A stretch of 63,462 bases of DNA, filler included, from Acidimicrobiia bacterium (GCA_041619515.1; 3 parts of 3 records of this genome joined end to end with filler, not necessarily neighbours in it); one strand, 5' to 3'; counted from the first letter of the whole stretch, positions 20,459 to 30,913 are shown. The notes: generated from the sequence alone by a model not told the origin. Numbers and translations: made by a program.

Positions 20459-22057
20459 GTGATGCCTCCACACGTGTACTTGCTGCCGCAGCTGGTCGAA
20501 CGGGCGGCCGAGACCCGTCCCGACGGCGACGCCCTGCGCTGTCGCGGACAAGCGCTGACCTACTCACAGTTGTACGAGCGGGCATCTGCGCTGGCCAACG
20601 GCCTCGTAGAGAGCGGAATGCAACCCGGGGACAGAGTCGGCATCCTGCTCAACAAGGGCCTCGAGAGCGCCGTCGCCCTCTACGGCATCATGCTGGCCGG
20701 CGGGGTGTACGTGCCGCTCGACCCGTTTGCACCCTCCGCCCGCACCGAGTTCGTCATCCGGGACTGCGGGATTCGGCGCCTGGTGGCCGGCCCCCGCACC
20801 ACGCCGGCACTGGAAGCCCTCGCGCGAGCAGGTGTCGAGATCGAAACCGTGTTCGGGCTCGCCGACCACGAATCACTCCCCTTCCCGCTGGTGGGGTGGG
20901 ATGCCATCGGGGCGCTCCCGCCGGTTCCCCCGACCGTAGCGACCACCGAGCTGGATCTTTGCTACATCCTCTACACGAGTGGCTCGACCGGTACCCCCAA
21001 GGGCATCATGCACACGCACCGCAGCGCGCTGGCGTGGGCAGAGGTGTCGGCGGCAGCCTACGACCTCGGTCCGGCCGATGTCATCAGCAATTACGCCCCG
21101 CTGCATTTCGATCTCTCCACCCTCGACTACTTCGCAGGGGCGAAAGCAGGCGCGACCACCACCATCATTCCCGAGGAGATAACCAAGTTCCCCGCCAGCC
21201 TGGCGAGCCTGCTGGCGGACGAGCGGCTGACGGTGTTCTACACGGTGCCGATGGCGTTGATTCAGCTTGCCCAGCCCGGGATTCTCGACGAGCACGACCT
21301 CGACGCGCTGCGACTCGTCCTGTTCGGGGGCGAGCCGATGCCACTCAAGCACTTGCGGCGCATCATGGAACGGATCCCCCACGCCGAATTCGTCAACGTA
21401 TACGGGCCCACCGAGGTGAACGGCTGCACCCACCACCGGATCGACGCAATCCCGGCGGAGGACGACGAGCCTCTCCCGATCGGCCATCCCTATCCGAACG
21501 TCGAGGCACTGGTGGTCGACGAGCGCTCCGAGCCGGTGCCGGACGGGGAACCCGGTGAGCTGCTGATCCGGACACCGACGATGATGCGGGGATACTGGGC
21601 CCGCCAGGACCTCAACGAGGGGGCGTTCTACGAGCGAACCCCCTTTGGAGGGCTGCCTGAGGTCTTTCATCGCACCGGCGACCTGGTCCGGACCGGCGCC
21701 GACGGGGCGCTCCGGTTCCTGGGGAGAAAGGACCGGCAGATCAAGTCACGGGGCTATCGGGTCGAGCTGGACGAGGTGGAAGCGGTCCTGCTGTCCCATC
21801 CCGCCGTGCACGAGGCTGCGGTATACGCGATGCCGGATGCCGAAGGCTCGCTGGAGATTCGCGCCGAAGCGATCCCGGTCTCCGGAGACGTCGACTCGGC
21901 CGAGCTGGTCGGGCACCTGCGGCGGTCGCTTCCCTCCTACGCGGTTCCCGCTGCGGTGAGGCTGCGGGAGTCGTTCCCGCGTACCTCGTCGGGCAAGATA
22001 GACCGGCTGGCCATGCAGGCCGACTCGGTCGAGGCGCCGGCGGCGGTAAGGGGGTAG
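20459..22057 (+). CDS. Stand-alone amino-acid adenylation enzyme (PltF/RedM-like; proline/pipecolate)
   Basis: YTSGSTGTPKG, FDLS, YGPTE, RTGDL, PRTSSGKIDR; no T or C domain. Confidence 0.92.
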   Translation: MMPPHVYLLPQLVERAAETRPDGDALRCRGQALTYSQLYERASALANGLVESGMQPGDRVGILLNKGLESAVALYGIMLAGGVYVPLDPFAPSARTEFVIRDCGIRRLVAGPRTTPALEALARAGVEIETVFGLADHESLPFPLVGWDAIGALPPVPPTVATTELDLCYILYTSGSTGTPKGIMHTHRSALAWAEVSAAAYDLGPADVISNYAPLHFDLSTLDYFAGAKAGATTTIIPEEITKFPASLASLLADERLTVFYTVPMALIQLAQPGILDEHDLDALRLVLFGGEPMPLKHLRRIMERIPHAEFVNVYGPTEVNGCTHHRIDAIPAEDDEPLPIGHPYPNVEALVVDERSEPVPDGEPGELLIRTPTMMRGYWARQDLNEGAFYERTPFGGLPEVFHRTGDLVRTGADGALRFLGRKDRQIKSRGYRVELDEVEAVLLSHPAVHEAAVYAMPDAEGSLEIRAEAIPVSGDVDSAELVGHLRRSLPSYAVPAAVRLRESFPRTSSGKIDRLAMQADSVEAPAAVRG

Positions 22058-22059
22058 CG

Positions 22060-22320
22060 GTGGAATCGACACAAGCGGCACTGCTGCGATTCGTGAACGA
22101 GGATCTGCTCGGCGGGACCGGCGGCGCTGCCGGAAGCGACGACGAGATCGTCCTCGACGGCACGGTGGATTCGCTCGGGGTGGCCCGCCTGATCGGCTTC
22201 ATGGAGAGCGAGTTCGACGTGGCCGTCCCGGCCGAGGACGTGACGATCGAGAACTTCCGGTCGATCACCACCATGGCTGCCTACCTCCACCAGCGCGTCG
22301 AGTCGAAGGCCGCGTCGTGA
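22060..22320 (+). CDS. Stand-alone acyl/peptidyl carrier protein
   Basis: 86 aa, acidic, G-x-V-D-S-L-G phosphopantetheine site. Confidence 0.92.
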   Translation: MESTQAALLRFVNEDLLGGTGGAAGSDDEIVLDGTVDSLGVARLIGFMESEFDVAVPAEDVTIENFRSITTMAAYLHQRVESKAAS

Positions 22321-25300
22321 GCTCAGCCGAGGGCAACGGCCGGCCGGCGGGATGGCTGCCCCTGACGAATGCGCAACAGTTGATCTGGGCGAGCCAGCAG
22401 CTCCACCCCGACGCGCCGCTCTACAACATGGCGTTCATCTTCGAGATCTCCGGCGAGGTGGAGCCGGCTGCATTCACCGAAGCGTTCCGCAGGTTGATGG
22501 ATCAGTGCGACGCACTGCGAACCGTCCTCGACAGCGCAGACGGCGTCCCCCGCCAGCGAGTCCTCGACACCCTTGAATTCGATCTCCCGATCGTCGATGT
22601 CGGCGCCTCCCCCGACCCGGCGGCGGCGGCCCGGGAATGGGCGCAACAGCAATGCGAGGCCCCGTTTCGCCTCGACCACCGGCTCTTCGACACGGCGCTC
22701 CTCCGGCTGGGTGCCGGCCACTGGGCCTGGTATTTCAACCAGCATCATCTCGTCACCGACGCCTGGTCGTCTGCGGTCATCTACGAGCGGATGGAGAGTC
22801 TGTACCGGAGCATCCGGCGCGGAACCGAAGGTCCCGACGGACCGCTCCCCCCGTTTGCGGAGTATCTCCCCTTCGAGCGGGCGAGCGCCGCCGAGGCCGG
22901 CCTCTCCGACGGCGCCGGGGCGGCACCCGGCACCTCGCTCTCCCTGTACGGCCGGCGGGCCCGGCCGGCCGGGACCCGCAACACCCGCCTCACCCACCAA
23001 CTGTCGGAAACCCAGACGGAACAGCTCGCCGATCTGGCACTGGCTCCGAAGTTCCGGGCGCTCACCCCGGACCTGACCCGCTTCCGGCTGATCGCAACCG
23101 CCCTGTTCGCTTATTTGCATCGTGTCGGCGGACAGCCGCGCCTCACGATCGGCGCTCCGGCCCACAACCGGGCCACATCCGAATTCCGCCAAAGCGCCGG
23201 GCTGTTCATGGAGATGTTCCCTCTCGACGTCGAAATCGAGCCGGGTGAGACCTTCGCCTCACTGCACACGAAGGTGGCGGCCGCGGCCGACGCCTTCATC
23301 CGGAGCGCACGGCCCGGCGGCAGCACGGCCCAGATGAACCGCACCATCAACGCCGTCCTCAACGTCATCCGCGGCGAGTTCTCCGACTTCGACGGGGCGC
23401 CGGTGCATGCCGAATGGCTCCACCCCGGGCACGTCGACGCAGAGCATCATCTGCGCCTCCAGGTCCATGATTTCAACGCCACCGGCCGGCTCACCCTGCT
23501 GTTCGACTGCAGCCGCGATTTGCTGGACGAGGACCTCCTGCCCGAGGTCCCTGAGCACTTCCTCCGCGTCTTCGATGCCATGCTCGCCGACGTCGAGCAG
23601 CCCATCGCCGAGGTCGATCTCTTGTCGGCCGACCAGCGCCGGGCGGTGCTCGACGCCGTCAACGGCACCACCCTCCAAGGCGCCGGCTGGGCCTCGGTGG
23701 TGCAACGGTTCGAGAACTGGGTCCGGGCCGATCCCGGCGCGGTTGCGCTGGCCGATCAGGCACGGCGCTGGAGCTACGCCGAGCTGGATGCCGCTACCTC
23801 CCGCATCGCAGCCGGCATCAGCCCGGGGTCGGTGGTCGGTGTCTGTCTCGGGCGATCACCCGAGGCCGTCATCACCATGCTGGGCGTGCTGAGGGCCGGA
23901 GCAGCCTACGTTCCGATCGACCCCGGCTGGCCGCTCAGCCGCATCGAATACGTAGTGAGCGACGCCGGGTGCTCGCTCCTCGTCTCCGACCGGCCGCTCC
24001 CGATCGCCTCCGTTGCCTTCGCCGACCTCCTGGCATCGGAGCCGCAGGCCGAGCCGGTCAGGATCGCCGACCACGATCTCGCCTACGTCCTCTACACCTC
24101 GGGGTCCACCGGCCGGCCGAAGGGCGTGATGATCGAGCACGGGTCGCTTGCCAACTACGTGAGCTGGGCAAGTGATTTCTACGACTCCGGAAGACGCTTG
24201 TCGTTCCCGCTGTTCACCCCACTCACGTTCGACCTCACCGTCACCTCGGTGTTCGTCCCACTCACATCGGGCGGCTCGATCGTCGTCTACCCGGAGGCGG
24301 AAGGGCCGGCGGACACCGCCGTGCAGCAGGTGTTCGAAGACGGAGCCGTCGACATCGTCAAGCTCACCCCGTCCCACCTGGCCCTGCTACCCGATCGCGA
24401 CTACTCATCGTCGAACATCCGCCAGTTGATCCTCGGCGGGGAGGACCTGACGGCGGCCGCCGCCCGCCGGGTGCACGACCGCTTCTCGGGCAACCTGCGG
24501 ATTCACAACGAATACGGCCCGACCGAAGCCACCGTCGGCTGCATCGTCCACACCTACGAGGCGTCCCGGGATGGCTCCGGCAGCGTCCCGATCGGAACTC
24601 CGATCCGGAACATGCGGGCCTACGTGCTCGATGAGGGCGGCAGACCCGTCCCGTTCGGCGTTCCCGGAGAGCTCTGGCTCGCCGGCGCCGGGCTGGCCCG
24701 CGGCTATGCCGGTGCACCCGACCTGACCGCCGACCGGTTCTTCGGAAACACGCACGTCGACGAGGAGCGCCTCTACCGGACCGGCGACCTGGCACGGGTC
24801 CGCACCACCGGCACCATCGAATACCTCGGCCGGCAGGACGACCAGGTCAAGGTCCGGGGCGCCAGGCTCGAGCTGGGAGAGGTCGAGGCTGCCCTGGCCA
24901 CCCATCCCCTGATCACCGCCACCGCCGCCCGGGTGTGGGAACGGGAACGCCCGGCCGCCCCCGAAGAGCTGGTCTATTGCGCACGATGCGGCCTCGCCTC
25001 CGACTACCCGGACGTCGAGTTCGACGCCGGGCGCGTGTGCAATCACTGCCGCTCCTTCGAAACCTACCGGGACAAGGCCCAGGTGTACTTCAAGCCGATG
25101 GCAGAGCTGGCCGCAGTGTTCCAGTCAGACCGCCCCGGCCCCGCGCCCGAATACGATTGCATCGCCCTCCTCAGCGGAGGCAAGGACAGCACCTACGCCC
25201 TGTGCCGGCTGGTCGACATGGGCCTGCGGGTGCTGGCCTTCACACTCGACAACGGGTACATCTCCAACGACGCCAAGGCGAACATCCGCCGGGTGGTGAC

Positions 25301-26600
25301 GGCGCTCGGCGTGGACCATGTGTTTGCCTCGACCCCGGCGATGAACGAGATCTTCGTCGACAGCCTGCAGCGCCACGGGAACGTCTGCAACGGCTGTTTC
25401 AAGACCATCTACACGCTGAGCCTCGAAACCGCCCGGGAGAAGAAGATCCCCTTCATCGTCACCGGGCTGTCGCGTGGACAGTTCTTCGAGACCCGGCTCA
25501 CCGAGGAGCTGTTCACCGAGCTGACCGTCAGCTCCGACCAGATCGACGCCAACGTCCTCGAGGCCCGCAAGGCCTACCACCAGGTTGACGACGCCGTACA
25601 CCGGCTGCTCGATGTTTCGATCTTCGACGGCGACGCCATCTTCGACGACGTGCAATTCGTCGATTTCTACCGGTATTGCGACGTCGACCTCGACGAGCTC
25701 ATGGCCTACCTGGACGAGCGGGTCCCGTGGGTGCGGCCGAGCGACACCGGTCGCTCCACCAACTGCCGAATCAACGACGTCGGGATCTACTTCCACAGGC
25801 AGACCCGCGGCTTTCACAATTACTCCCTCCCCTACAGCTGGGACGTCCGCATGGGACACAAGACCCGGGAGGCGGCTCTCGATGAGCTCGACGATGACAT
25901 CGACGTTGCCGAAGTGCAGCGGATTCTCGCCGAGATCGGGTTCCCGGAGGACGTCGCCGACCTCGAAACCGGCCGCCGTCTGGTCGCCTACTACGTCGCC
26001 CCCGAGGACATCTCGGCCTCCGAGCTGCGCCTGCACGTCGGCGAGGCGCTACCCGAGCAGATGGTGCCCTCGCTGTTCGTCCGGCTCGACGCCATCCCGC
26101 TGTCGGCGAATGGCAAGGTGGACCGGGAGGCGCTCCCCGAGCCCGGGAAAGGCCGGCCCCAGGTGGATTCGGTGTTCCTGGCCCCCCGCACCGAAGCCGA
26201 AATCACGCTGAGCACCATCTGGCAGGACGTCCTCGGGATCGACGGGATCGGCGTACGCGACAGCTTCTTCGACCTCGGCGGCGACTCCATCATGGCCATC
26301 CAGATCGTGGCCAGAGCCCACCGCGCCGGGCTGAACATCACCCTCCAGCAACTGTTCAACGCCCTCACGGTGGAACGCCTTGCCCAGTCGGCAGGCGGCG
26401 TCCATCAGATCGCTGCCGAGCGGGTCGTCGGCCCCGTCGGGATGACGCCGATCCAGCGGTGGTTCCTCGAGGAACACGGCAACGAGGGGCACTTCCACCA
26501 GGTGCTGCACCTGGACGTGCCAGAAGGGCTCGACCGAGGGCTCTTGGCCGAATGCCTCACGGCATTGGCAGGCCATCACGACGCGCTCAGACAGAGCTTC
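22317..26600 (+). CDS. NRPS, 3'-truncated: starter C - A(Asn) interrupted by AMDH-like domain - T - start of E domain
   Basis: HHLVTDA, A-domain core motifs, hand-extracted code DLTKIGEVGK, SGGKDS insert, LGGDSI T domain, TPIQRWF...HHDALR. Runs into the gap. Confidence 0.95.
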
Positions 26601-26700
26601 NNNNNNNNNNNNNNNNNNNNNNNNNNNNNNNNNNNNNNNNNNNNTTAATTAATTAANNNNNNNNNNNNNNNNNNNNNNNNNNNNNNNNNNNNNNNNNNNN
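26601..26700. other. Artificial contig linker
   Basis: N runs flanking TTAATTAATTAA (stops in all six frames). Confidence 0.97.
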
Positions 26701-27177
26701 CACTGTGCCGTTCTCATATCGAATGGCACCGTTGAAGGCGGGCTCCCGGATCCCTTCGGCTTCCCACCCGTCGATGAGCTGCATGACGGCGGTCGTGCTC
26801 AGGCGGCCGGTCGGCTCGATCTCGTATCGTCGGGAGGTGACCCAGTCGGCGAACTGCTGAAAGCCGGACCGGCGGCCGGCGTCGAAGGCGGCGTCCACGA
26901 TCGCCCCGGTGTCGAGAGTGAACTCGACCTGGGCGGGATCAAGCGGAAAGCTGGTCCCCTCGATGACAACGGCGGCCGCCGACGTGGTGAGATCGTCTTC
27001 GATGGCCAAGACCGCCTGGGTGGCGTGCTCACGCCCGAGTCGGCCGAGGTCGACACCGGCAACGGACACGCCCGGCAGCACTTCGCCATCGCGCACGATC
27101 GACCGGACCGTGAATACAGCGCCGACGAGGACCGCGGCCGCGAACAGCCCCACCAGAAGTTTTCGCGGTCTGCTCAT
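26701..27177 (-). CDS. VanW-type / peptidoglycan-binding domain protein, N-terminal part (truncated at gap)
   Basis: TM anchor then VLPGVSVAGVDLG, typical of VanW/PG_binding_4 proteins. Confidence 0.7.
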
Positions 27178-27240
27178 CGGCGATGAGCGTACCGGCTGTC
27201 GGTGCGTAAATCCGTCATCGGTGTCCAATACGATGGCGTA

Positions 27241-28020
27241 GTGATTTCATTTCCAGCCGTGCCGCCTGGTGAGCGGATCGTGGTGTCGGCGTCGGCATTC
27301 GTGGCGTTTGAGCGGTGCCCCGAGAGCGCCAACGCCCGCTACCGCCAAGAATTCGGCCCCCCCTCTCGACCCAGCTTCGTCGGCGGTCTCGCCCATCGAG
27401 TCTTTGCCCGCCACCTGCAACAGGGCCCGATCTCCGCCGACACCTTCGAGCAGGCGTGCAAAGAAGAAATCGGGGGCACGCCGGCCTTGAATCTGCGGAT
27501 GGGTGAGCTCGGTCTCAAGCCGAGCCACATCCCGGGTCTGGTGGCAGAAACGAGGGCCCTGTACGACAGATTCGTGAAATTCCCCATCGACGGGTTCCAG
27601 GGAGCCGAGGTGTCGCTGGAGGTCGAGCCCGCCCCGGACGTGGTGCTGCAAGGAAGAGTTGATGCGGTATTCGAGTTCGATGGAGGGGTGCGCTTGGTCG
27701 ATTGGAAAACGGGAGCGGTCGGCGATGTAGACGATCAACTCGGCTTCTATGCGCTGCTGTGGGCGCTGCACCGGCGGGAACTTCCCGGCGAGGTCGAGGC
27801 GGTATCGGTCAAGACCGGTGAGCGGCAGCGGTCCATCCCGACGCTGGAGGCTGTCACGGCCCTCGCCGGCCGCGTCGCCGCCATGGTCGCCACTGTTCGC
27901 GCCGGCTGGGTCGAGGGCACCGGCCTCGCCCGGGTGGGTGGCCCCTGGTGCCGATTCTGTCCGCTCCTCGAGGGATGCTCGGAGGGCCGGGCCGCCACCG
28001 CCGTCATGGCGCATGGCTGA
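27241..28020 (+). CDS. PD-(D/E)XK RecB/Cas4-like nuclease with probable Fe-S staple
   Basis: FERCP, GRVD...VDWKTG, QLGFYA, CRFCPLLEGC. Confidence 0.88.
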   Translation: MISFPAVPPGERIVVSASAFVAFERCPESANARYRQEFGPPSRPSFVGGLAHRVFARHLQQGPISADTFEQACKEEIGGTPALNLRMGELGLKPSHIPGLVAETRALYDRFVKFPIDGFQGAEVSLEVEPAPDVVLQGRVDAVFEFDGGVRLVDWKTGAVGDVDDQLGFYALLWALHRRELPGEVEAVSVKTGERQRSIPTLEAVTALAGRVAAMVATVRAGWVEGTGLARVGGPWCRFCPLLEGCSEGRAATAVMAHG

Positions 28021-28049
28021 CCCGGCCCCAACCGGCCGGTGCGCTCTTC

Positions 28050-28766
28050 CTAGGAGAGTCCAAACGTGACCTGGATCGTCACACTGACATCCAACTCCCC
28101 TGCCTGAATGGGCGTCGAGGAGAAGCCGGCCCCGTCTTCGGCATAGGCATAGCGTTGCACGGGGGGAGCTGCCGAGAACGACTCGCTGATCGCGGTCGGC
28201 GTACCCAGCGTGACCCCGGCCAGGCTGGCGAGTTGCTCGGCCTTGCCCTTGGCGTCGTTCCAGGCGGCGTCCCGGGCTGCGATCACGAGCAGGTCGTTGT
28301 CCTCCAGGCTGAAGCTCACACCCTGGACCACGACCTCGTTGCCGCCCTCAGCGCTGGCGGCGTCGATGATCTCCCCGGCCCGATCGAGGTCGCGGATCTT
28401 CACCCGGACTTCGTTGGAAACCTGATATCCGATGAGGCGCCGGTTCTCGTTCTGGTAGTCGTAGACGGGATAGATCGAGTAGTTGGCGGTTTGAATGTCG
28501 GCCTCGTCGATGCCCTCTGCTTTGAGAGCGTCTATCAGGCCGGTGGCAAGCCGGGCGGCGTCCTCAGTGGCGGCCGCCACGGTGTCGCGCTCCAGGCTGA
28601 TCCCGATGTTGAGGGTGAGCGTGTCCGGCGTTCCCGAAACACGGCCCTCCCCGCTGACTGTGATTCCCACTGAATCCCCTTCTCCTGAGACGAGCACATC
28701 GGTTCCTTCCCCACAGGCTGCCAGGATGAGCGCCAGCCCGGCAATCAATATCAACATGCGTTTCAT
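28050..28766 (-). CDS. SIMPL (DUF541) domain lipoprotein
   Basis: Lipobox LAAC, VSGEG...PD, DIQT, A-x-x-K-A-x-x-L-A. Confidence 0.92.
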   Translation of the reverse strand: MKRMLILIAGLALILAACGEGTDVLVSGEGDSVGITVSGEGRVSGTPDTLTLNIGISLERDTVAAATEDAARLATGLIDALKAEGIDEADIQTANYSIYPVYDYQNENRRLIGYQVSNEVRVKIRDLDRAGEIIDAASAEGGNEVVVQGVSFSLEDNDLLVIAARDAAWNDAKGKAEQLASLAGVTLGTPTAISESFSAAPPVQRYAYAEDGAGFSSTPIQAGELDVSVTIQVTFGLS

Positions 28767-28802
28767 GACTCACTCCGTTGGTTGTCTTCGTCCGTCACGC
28801 GT

Positions 28803-28830
28803 TAGACGACGGAGCCGTCGGCCCGGTTCC
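28803..28830 (-). promoter_or_regulatory. ECF-type promoter for the SIMPL gene
   Basis: GGAACC-N16-CGTCTA on the minus strand, about 37 nt upstream of ATG28766. Confidence 0.6.
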
Positions 28831-28853
28831 GGCCTGTGGGATACTGCCGAACC

Positions 28854-29696
28854 ATGCACCATCGCCTGCTCGCGATTCACGCCCACCCCGACGACGAGAG
28901 CTCCAAGGGCGCAGGGACCGTCGTCCACTACGCCGACCGCGGAGTCCGCTGCACGCTCATGGTGGCGACCGGAGGCGAGGAGGGCGACATCCTCAATCCG
29001 GCCATGGATCGCCCCGAGGTGGCCGAGAACCTGGCGGCGATCCGGTCCGCGGAGCTGGAGGCAGCTGCTGCCATCCTCGGCTTCAGCCACATCTACCGGC
29101 TCGGCTACCGGGATTCGGGCATGCCCGACTCTGCTGCCAACGCGCACGCCGATGCATTCACCAATGCAGACGAGGAGTCGGCGCTCGAGGCCATGGTCAC
29201 GGTGATCCGCCGCGAACGGCCCCAGGTGATCCTGGGGTATGACGACCACGAGTACTACCCGCACCCGGACCATTTGCGGGTGCACGACCTGGCCGTGAAG
29301 GCCTTCTGGGCGGCCGCCGACCGGGATCGGTTTCCCGGATCGGGTGAGGCGTGGGAGCCCGCACGGCTGTACGCGCCGGTCTTCTCACGCCGGCGAATCG
29401 TGTTGCTGCACGAGGCGATGCTGGGCCGCGGCCTCGAATCCCCGCTCGAGCGCTGGCTCGAGCGGATCCCCGACGGCGAGGACACCCGGGTCGACGTGCA
29501 GGTTCCCATCGACTCCACGATCGGGAGAGCGCGCGATGCCCTGCGAGCCCACGCCACCCAGGTGGACCCGGACGGGTTCTGGTTCCAAATCCCCGAGCAG
29601 GTGGTCATCGAGGTGTACCCGTGGGAGGATTTCGGCCTGCTCGCAAGCCGCGACGGTGGCTCGAACAACCCCCATGATCTATTCGGCGGGCTCTAG
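28854..29696 (+). CDS. mca: Mycothiol conjugate amidase (PIG-L family)
   Basis: AIHAHPDDESSKGA, TGGEEG, GYRDSG, YPHPDH, AHATQVDPDGFWF. Confidence 0.82.
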   Translation: MHHRLLAIHAHPDDESSKGAGTVVHYADRGVRCTLMVATGGEEGDILNPAMDRPEVAENLAAIRSAELEAAAAILGFSHIYRLGYRDSGMPDSAANAHADAFTNADEESALEAMVTVIRRERPQVILGYDDHEYYPHPDHLRVHDLAVKAFWAAADRDRFPGSGEAWEPARLYAPVFSRRRIVLLHEAMLGRGLESPLERWLERIPDGEDTRVDVQVPIDSTIGRARDALRAHATQVDPDGFWFQIPEQVVIEVYPWEDFGLLASRDGGSNNPHDLFGGL

Positions 29697-30913
29697 CCGC
29701 CCCGGGAGCGCACCTCGAACGCGGCGGCATCGGCGAGCTCGATGAGCTCGGAGCGGAGCACGTCCAGGCCATCCTTGGCCAGGTCGATTCCGTTCTGCGC
29801 CTCGGTGAGGGTTCGCTTCGAGGATGTGAACCGCTTGGCGAGCTTGTGGATGCGGTCGAGGTGATCAAGGAGAGCGGCTCGATCGATGGAGTCCCCGTCA
29901 CCCGGTGGGGCGGTCGTCAGCAACAGGTGGCCGATGCGCAATGCCACATCGAGCAGTGTTTCGGTGCCGTCGTCGACCACCAGAATCCGGTTCCCATACA
30001 AACCGAATGTCCCCACTTCGGCAGGGAACGCCTCCTGGGCGCTCACACAGATGCCAATCTCGGCCTGGCGGTTGGTCATCGCCCGATCGAGCTCCGACAG
30101 GATGCCGTCGGGCCCGGTGAGGGTGACACGACCGGCGTGCTTGGCCTCGATCACCGCCCTCCCCCCCTCCGGAAAGGCGACCACGAGATCGCCGACCAGC
30201 ACGTCGCGGCCCAGCGCCCCTCCGTGCGTCGACGTGCGTTCTACGACGCAGCCACCGACTCCCGCCGCCCAGGCACGGGCCCGTTCCTCGATCGTGTCTT
30301 CGAAGACGAAGCCTTTCTTCGTTCCCTGTTGCGCCTCGGCTTTGCGCCCTCGTTCGGCGTGGACGGCATCGCGCACTTCCCGGATCTCTGCCAGGACGTC
30401 GTCGCGAAGTCTGGCAAGCCCCGATCCGTCTGCTGCGGGGTCGAGAGCCGCTGCCAGCTGGGCCTCGAGGGTTCCCCCGGCTCCCACAAGGCCTTCGAGG
30501 CGGGCGACCAGCCGTCCGCCGAAGCTGCCGGCCTGGTCGACGTCCATACCGGTGAAGAATGCTTCCTGCCAGCGATGAAACTCGCGCAGCGACCTCGAGA
30601 GCAGGGAGGATCGAACATCGGGGTCGAGCTGGGTTTCGTACGCTTGCTGGGCGGCTGTGAGCATCTCCCCAACCCGGGCTTCGGCGAGCCCGGTGGCCTG
30701 CTCCACCTGGCGCCGGACCTCGTCGCGCACCGTGTCGAGCCCCACATCGAGGCCCATGCTCATCAGCCCGTGGGCGCCTACCGACAGGGCCCGGTCTACC
30801 ACTGCGGGCCACTCCGCCTCGTCGGTGGCAGCGAGCAGGGTTGCCAGCGCCCGGTCCTCGGTCACGAGCCCGTCGATCTTGCTGATACTTCCATCGGTGC
30901 TGATCTGTGCCAT
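29693..30913 (-). CDS. Coiled-coil protein with restriction-endonuclease-like PD-(D/E)XK domain (RmuC-like)
   Basis: Helical N-terminus, K-G-x-x-F-E ... G-D-L-V-V ... V-I-E-A-K core, C-terminal coiled coil. Confidence 0.7.
   Translation of the reverse strand: MAQISTDGSISKIDGLVTEDRALATLLAATDEAEWPAVVDRALSVGAHGLMSMGLDVGLDTVRDEVRRQVEQATGLAEARVGEMLTAAQQAYETQLDPDVRSSLLSRSLREFHRWQEAFFTGMDVDQAGSFGGRLVARLEGLVGAGGTLEAQLAAALDPAADGSGLARLRDDVLAEIREVRDAVHAERGRKAEAQQGTKKGFVFEDTIEERARAWAAGVGGCVVERTSTHGGALGRDVLVGDLVVAFPEGGRAVIEAKHAGRVTLTGPDGILSELDRAMTNRQAEIGICVSAQEAFPAEVGTFGLYGNRILVVDDGTETLLDVALRIGHLLLTTAPPGDGDSIDRAALLDHLDRIHKLAKRFTSSKRTLTEAQNGIDLAKDGLDVLRSELIELADAAAFEVRSRGG

Noticed and set aside
26701..28020. 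VanW-like and nuclease genes as NRPS resistance or cluster members
   Set aside because: They lie on a different contig across an artificial linker.
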